Assembly: GCF_009914755.1 (NCBI RefSeq)
Contig: NC_060931.1
Strand: one strand, 5' to 3'
From: the human T2T-CHM13v2.0 reference genome, Homo sapiens
DNA length: 64,000 nucleotides
The translations under genes and the position numbers were made by a program. Shown piece after piece: positions 58,860 through 64,000 of the stretch (positions are counted from its first letter, which is position 1; each line of letters starts with the position of its first letter). The notes beneath the pieces were generated by a model. It was not told the DNA's origin, made no database searches, and was given only the letters and a program-made list of their open reading frames with translations.

Positions 58860-59436
58860 TTGACCACCCCCTCTACTGCTATCACTCTTCGTCTTTTGTA
58901 TCCCTGAGAGTAACATTTATATCTCCTTTGAAGCATCTGTCACAGTTACAATTTCATATTTATGTATGTGATTATTTGATGTGTATTCCCTGCTAGATTG
59001 GTGTCTATTCCCCGCTAGACAGTAAGTTTTATGAGGGCAAGGGCCATATCAGTTTTTGCTCAGTATTTTATTTGCTGTCTAGCAAAGTGCCTAAATAAAA
59101 ATAATTAATGTAATTATTTTAGGAGTAAAATTATTGATATAAAATTCTTAGCAAATTTATTAATTTACTAAATAAGTATTTATTTAATACCTACTGTGTA
59201 TTAGGCACTTTGCTAGACAGCAAATAAAATACCGAGCAAAAACTGACATGGCCCTTGCCTTCATAAAACTTAACTGTCTAGCAGGAAATGGACACCAATC
59301 TAGCAGGGAATAGACAGCAAATAATCACATACATAAATATGAAATTGTAACTGTGACAGATGCTTCAAAGGATATATAAACGTTACTTTGAGAGATACAA
59401 CAGAGGAAGAGTGATGGTAGTAGAGGGGGTGGTCAA
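58860..59436. repeat. Long inverted repeat of L2-like 3' sequence (arms 58860-59094 and 59201-59436)
   Basis: Manual alignment: 18 differences in 236 columns (~92% identity), with a 106-nt AT-rich spacer. Confidence 0.95.
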
Positions 59437-60509
59437 AAAAGGCTGGAGGATTTGAAGAATGAGTAGAAGTTAGCTAGATCAAAGTAAAAGTAGAGAGGGC
59501 ATTTCCTTACTCTGGCTTATAATAAACATATACCTAAATGGTACCAGATAATGAGAAAATACACATTAATTATTTCGATTAGCTTAGTTTGTAATTTTAT
59601 TTTCTATATCTTTTTATGGTAGTTTCTACAAATGATCCTCATATTTAGACTGATAATTAGAAGAAATAGTTTTATGAAAACTTATTCATTCTTTATTTAC
59701 ATTGCAGTGTTGTATGATCAGCCTTCAATTTATTGACCTTTTTAATTTAGCATTTGTCTCTCATGTGATTTTTACTGTTTGTGGACTGAGGTATTTTATT
59801 GTGGTTGATTTTTAGTATTTATTGACATATGCCACATTGTCAGTGGAAGTGATTTACGTGTGATTTAAGTGTTTCTTTATTTTCATGCACCTTTTCCAAA
59901 TCTTGTGTTCTTATGAAATGCTAAATATGGCACTAAAATATACCTTTGTAGTTTGTAAGAATCTTTGTTTTATTTAGGCAGCAGGTGTTTCCCAAAGTCT
60001 TCCAAGTGTACATGGAGCAGCGCCTTAGATGATCGTTACCTCTTTTTAGTAGTTTGCTATTATCATGGAAATATTACTTTTTTCCTTTATTAAGAAACCA
60101 CATTTGCAATAACCGATTGCAGTACTTCCGTGAAGTCTTTCTACCAGGCATCTTATGTAATATGGAGATAAGAATAAACCCTGTTTCACAAGACTATTGT
60201 GAGGAGTAAGTGAACATTAATAGATTAGTAGAGTGTTACACATGTAAGTGTTCAATAAAATTAACTGTAAGAATTATTACTATTTTTACTAATAATAAAA
60301 GGCTTTTTCCTCATATGGTTTTTAATAGTCAAATATGTAAGTATCCCAACCAAACTGGCTGAAGGAAGAGAGAGTACCCTTACCATCTCATTTCATGTCC
60401 TTGTAGACCGACCTGTAGAGCACCTGCACAGGCCTGCTCTGGTTGAATCTTCACTACAGACTCAGTCTGTAGGTCTGCTCAGTTCTGCTCAGTTCAGTTC
60501 AGTTCAGTT

Positions 60510-60790
60510 CATGGTTATTAAACACATGAACGTGACTATTCTGAATTGAGACGTGCTTTAAGTGTAAAATACACACTGGATTATGAAGACTTAGTACAAA
60601 AGGGAGAATGTAAAATATTTCAATAAATAATGTTTATAACTGATTACATTAAAGTGATATTCTGGAATATATTGGGTTAAATGAAATATATTATTTGAAA
60701 CCATTTCACCTGTTTTTATTTTTTTTAATTTGTCTATTACAACATTAGAAATTAACTACATGGATCACATTTTATTTCTGCTGGAAATGA
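60510..60790. mobile_element. MER33-like hAT-Charlie fossil preceded by (CAGTT)n
   Basis: gaattgagacgtgctttaagtgtaaaatacacactggatt...gaagacttagtac...tatattgggttaaatgaaatatattatt. Confidence 0.75.
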
Positions 60791-62184
60791 TTAGTCTACA
60801 ATCTAGAAGTCCGTGGAGTTAGGTTTGAGGCATTGTAGCTTCATTTGGACCTAGATTAGCTATCTTTTTCTAGTTATGTTTGGTTCTGCCTTAAATTTTA
60901 TAAACAATCCAACCAAGTCTCAGAAATAGACCCCAATTCAAGTGTTTTGTTAATTCTTCTGTTCTGCAGGTCCCCTATAAAAGAGAAGGGCCTCTTGGAA
61001 AGCACTGATACACATCACCCATCAGGTGCATGTTAGCAGGTGTCATAAATTTTAAAGTGTGCTATTCATATGTCTGCTTAATTCACAGAAGAAAACCCAT
61101 ATGCCTATCCTTAAAGTCATATTATCCTATGGAAATATTTATATATTTAAAATATAAATAAAATAACAATAAAAATATATTCATTATAACAACTAGTTTT
61201 GAAACAGAGAAATAAGAAGTGAATATATGTGTTTCGTTAGTCAAGATAACATCATTATGTAGAATTTTTCCCATTCATAATTTAATTCATTTCAAAGAGA
61301 AATTTGCTGAAGAATAATTTGGAAATTAAAAACTGTGCACAGAAAAAAATAAATGTCTTAAAGTCACAGCTAGAATAAAAAATGAATTTACGTGTTGGTT
61401 TCCATAGTTAATCCATATTCCTAATGCCCTTCTATTTTGATTTCAGATGCCCAATATAAAATATAATACTTAACCTCAAACAAACCCATTGTAGCCTAGT
61501 CAGTTGCTACCCAATGACTGCCAGAGTATTAGAGTGACAAATATAGCTTGATTTTAAAACACAGAAGTAGATGTTAATGTGATCTGAGAAGACATTGTTA
61601 GATTTTTGTTTTTAAAGTTAAAATAGTTGAAGAAGTCTAATGTATGTGAATGTGTAATGATTTCAGTAAATTAATAATTTTAAAAAGACAAAGTACCTTG
61701 GTATAAATTAATTTAGTTTATTACTTATGTGTGAGGTCATATAAATTGGAGATCCATTCTCTTGTCATATATTAAATTTTTCTCATTCCAAGATGACCTT
61801 GGATAAGGAAATTTGTTTCTCTGGACCTCTGTTTTCAAATGAGTTGGCTGGATTTGAAAATCCTTCCCAACTTCAAAATTCTAAAATTTTATTATTCTAT
61901 TATGTCGGATATGGATTTGTAGTAGTATTTCAGTCTTATTTTATGAACTTTGGCATGTTAACATAACCTTCCTGAGCCTCTCCGGTTTGTATCTGTAGAG
62001 CAGCTAAAGCTTTATATATTTTTGTAATTGGGGGTGCATAAGAATAATCTTCAAATTCAGACATCTCTAGTTGATTAATCATTACTTCAGATTTTTTTGA
62101 GGAAAAATACTCTAATGATGTAATCAAATATAAACGTGGTATTATAGCAACAATAAACAGCATTGTGTTAAGTGTAAATTATCT

Positions 62185-62186
62185 TA

Positions 62187-62217
<31 letters not shown>

Positions 62218-62512
62218 TGACCCAGGCTGGATGGAGTGCAGTGGCGTGATCTTAGCTCACTGCTACCTCCACCTCCGGGCTAAAGCCATCATCGCAGATT
62301 AGCCTCCTGAGTAGCTAGGACTACAGGTGTGCACCACCACGCCTAGCTCCTAATTTTTTTTGTGTGTATATAGATGTGTGTGTGTGTGTGTATGTGGAGA
62401 CAGGGTTTTGGCATGTTGCCCAGACTGGTCTTGAACTCCTGAGCTCAAGAGATCTGCCCGCCTTGACCTCCACAAGTGCTGCTGTTACAGACATAAACCA
62501 CCACACCTGGCC
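62185..62512 (-). mobile_element. Alu (AluJ-like) with (TG)n expanded in the linker
   Basis: Reverse Alu with (TTTA)n tail; TSD attatctta. Confidence 0.93.
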
Positions 62513-62699
62513 TACATTATCTTAAAATATTATTTTGTAATAGGAGCTTTATAGTTTATCTTTGACAGGAAATGCCCAGTAAAGATGGTTGCTTACATAA
62601 TAGATCCTCTCACCTCCCAAATCACCAGCATTTGTAGAAACCTATCTTCGAGTAATTCTAATAACAAAAACTCATTCATATGACTTTTAACAGTTATGG

Positions 62700-62880
62700 A
62701 ATAATTTTAATACATTAATATAATGGTTAGGACAGCACTGTGAGGTAGGCAGCTCTTATTATGATCCCCATTTTATAGATTATAGTATTGAGACTCAAAG
62801 ATTAAACCATCTGTTCAAAGTCACATAGCTAGTAAGACAGACTCAAGCTTCTGACACTAAATCCTATACCCTTTTAAAGA
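62700..62880 (-). mobile_element. MIR SINE
   Basis: ctgtgaggtaggc...attatgatccccattttatagat...ttgagactcaaag...caaagtcacatagctagtaag. Confidence 0.8.
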
Positions 62881-63704
62881 CAGTACATTTCCATCATATT
62901 GTTTCATAGGCAAAGTTCAGAGTTACTTAAATAATTAAAACATGTAATTATTTCTGATGAATATAGTCAATAAAATTCCACTGCTATAATTCAAATATAT
63001 CCCCCTTTTTGGGCTACTGTAATGTATGAGTGAAAACTTCAGATCTCATTCATGTAGCCAGTCATTTCACTTATTTCTATTTTTCACCTCATATTATGGA
63101 AATGACTTGTTCCTGAAGTCGTTATATTATCACTAATTTATTTGAAAGCCTTAAAGTTATTGGCATATAGTGTTAGATATTTTGTATGATGGAGTGTGTT
63201 CTGAGATCAGAAAATGACCCTCTTCAATAAAACTAATTCAGAAATATCCATAGAACAATCTAAATTGTTATATTTATTTAAATTTGATTTTTCTTCATGT
63301 GACTTAAGTAATCCATTGGCTGAAATTTGGTAGTATTTAGTTCAGAAAACTCTGCTTATAAAATTTAGTAACTTTGCCATATATCATCCATGGCTATTCT
63401 ACAGAGACTAAGCTTGATCCTACTGTACATCAGTACTACTTGTGATAACAAATAACAATAACAATCACAATGATAATTTATCAAAATTACCTGTTGTCAG
63501 AAGTGAGCAGGAATAGAACCAAAAAAAGAAGAGAAGGAAAAGAAAAGAAACATGGAATGGATGAAGAAATTTCTATTTTGATCCATAATAATCTTAGAAA
63601 TTCTTAGAAAATGTAACCTTTGCTATTGAAATATGGCACAGCAAGATGCACAGGCTTGGGCAGATTACTGCCTAAAAATATCATATATAATTTTATTGAC
63701 TCTA

Positions 63705-64000
<296 letters not shown>

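Overview
This is a primate (very probably human) autosomal window covering the 5' part of FOXP2 on the + strand. The non-coding exon 1 has its donor after 38000, and the first coding exon spans 49142-49319 (ATG at 49152, [14 protein letters not shown]...LQQQQ). The left part is repeat-rich. It includes a 7.2-kb HERV-W (LTR17) element on the - strand with the anatomy of an L1-retrotransposed processed copy: 5' R-U5, 3' U3-R plus poly(A), a degenerate target-site duplication, a tRNA-Arg-type PBS, and integrase/env deletions. It also holds many Alus, old L1/L2/MIR fragments and DNA-transposon fossils. The ~22 kb around exons 1-2 is almost free of recognisable transposons and dense in transcription-factor motifs. 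The most unusual structure I found is in intron 2: a 235-bp inverted repeat of L2-like sequence (58860-59436). Its arms are ~92% identical and share a private internal duplication, so it can form a very long hairpin. Most ORFs in the supplied track are spurious. Repeat subfamily names come from motif recognition by eye, and their boundaries are approximate.
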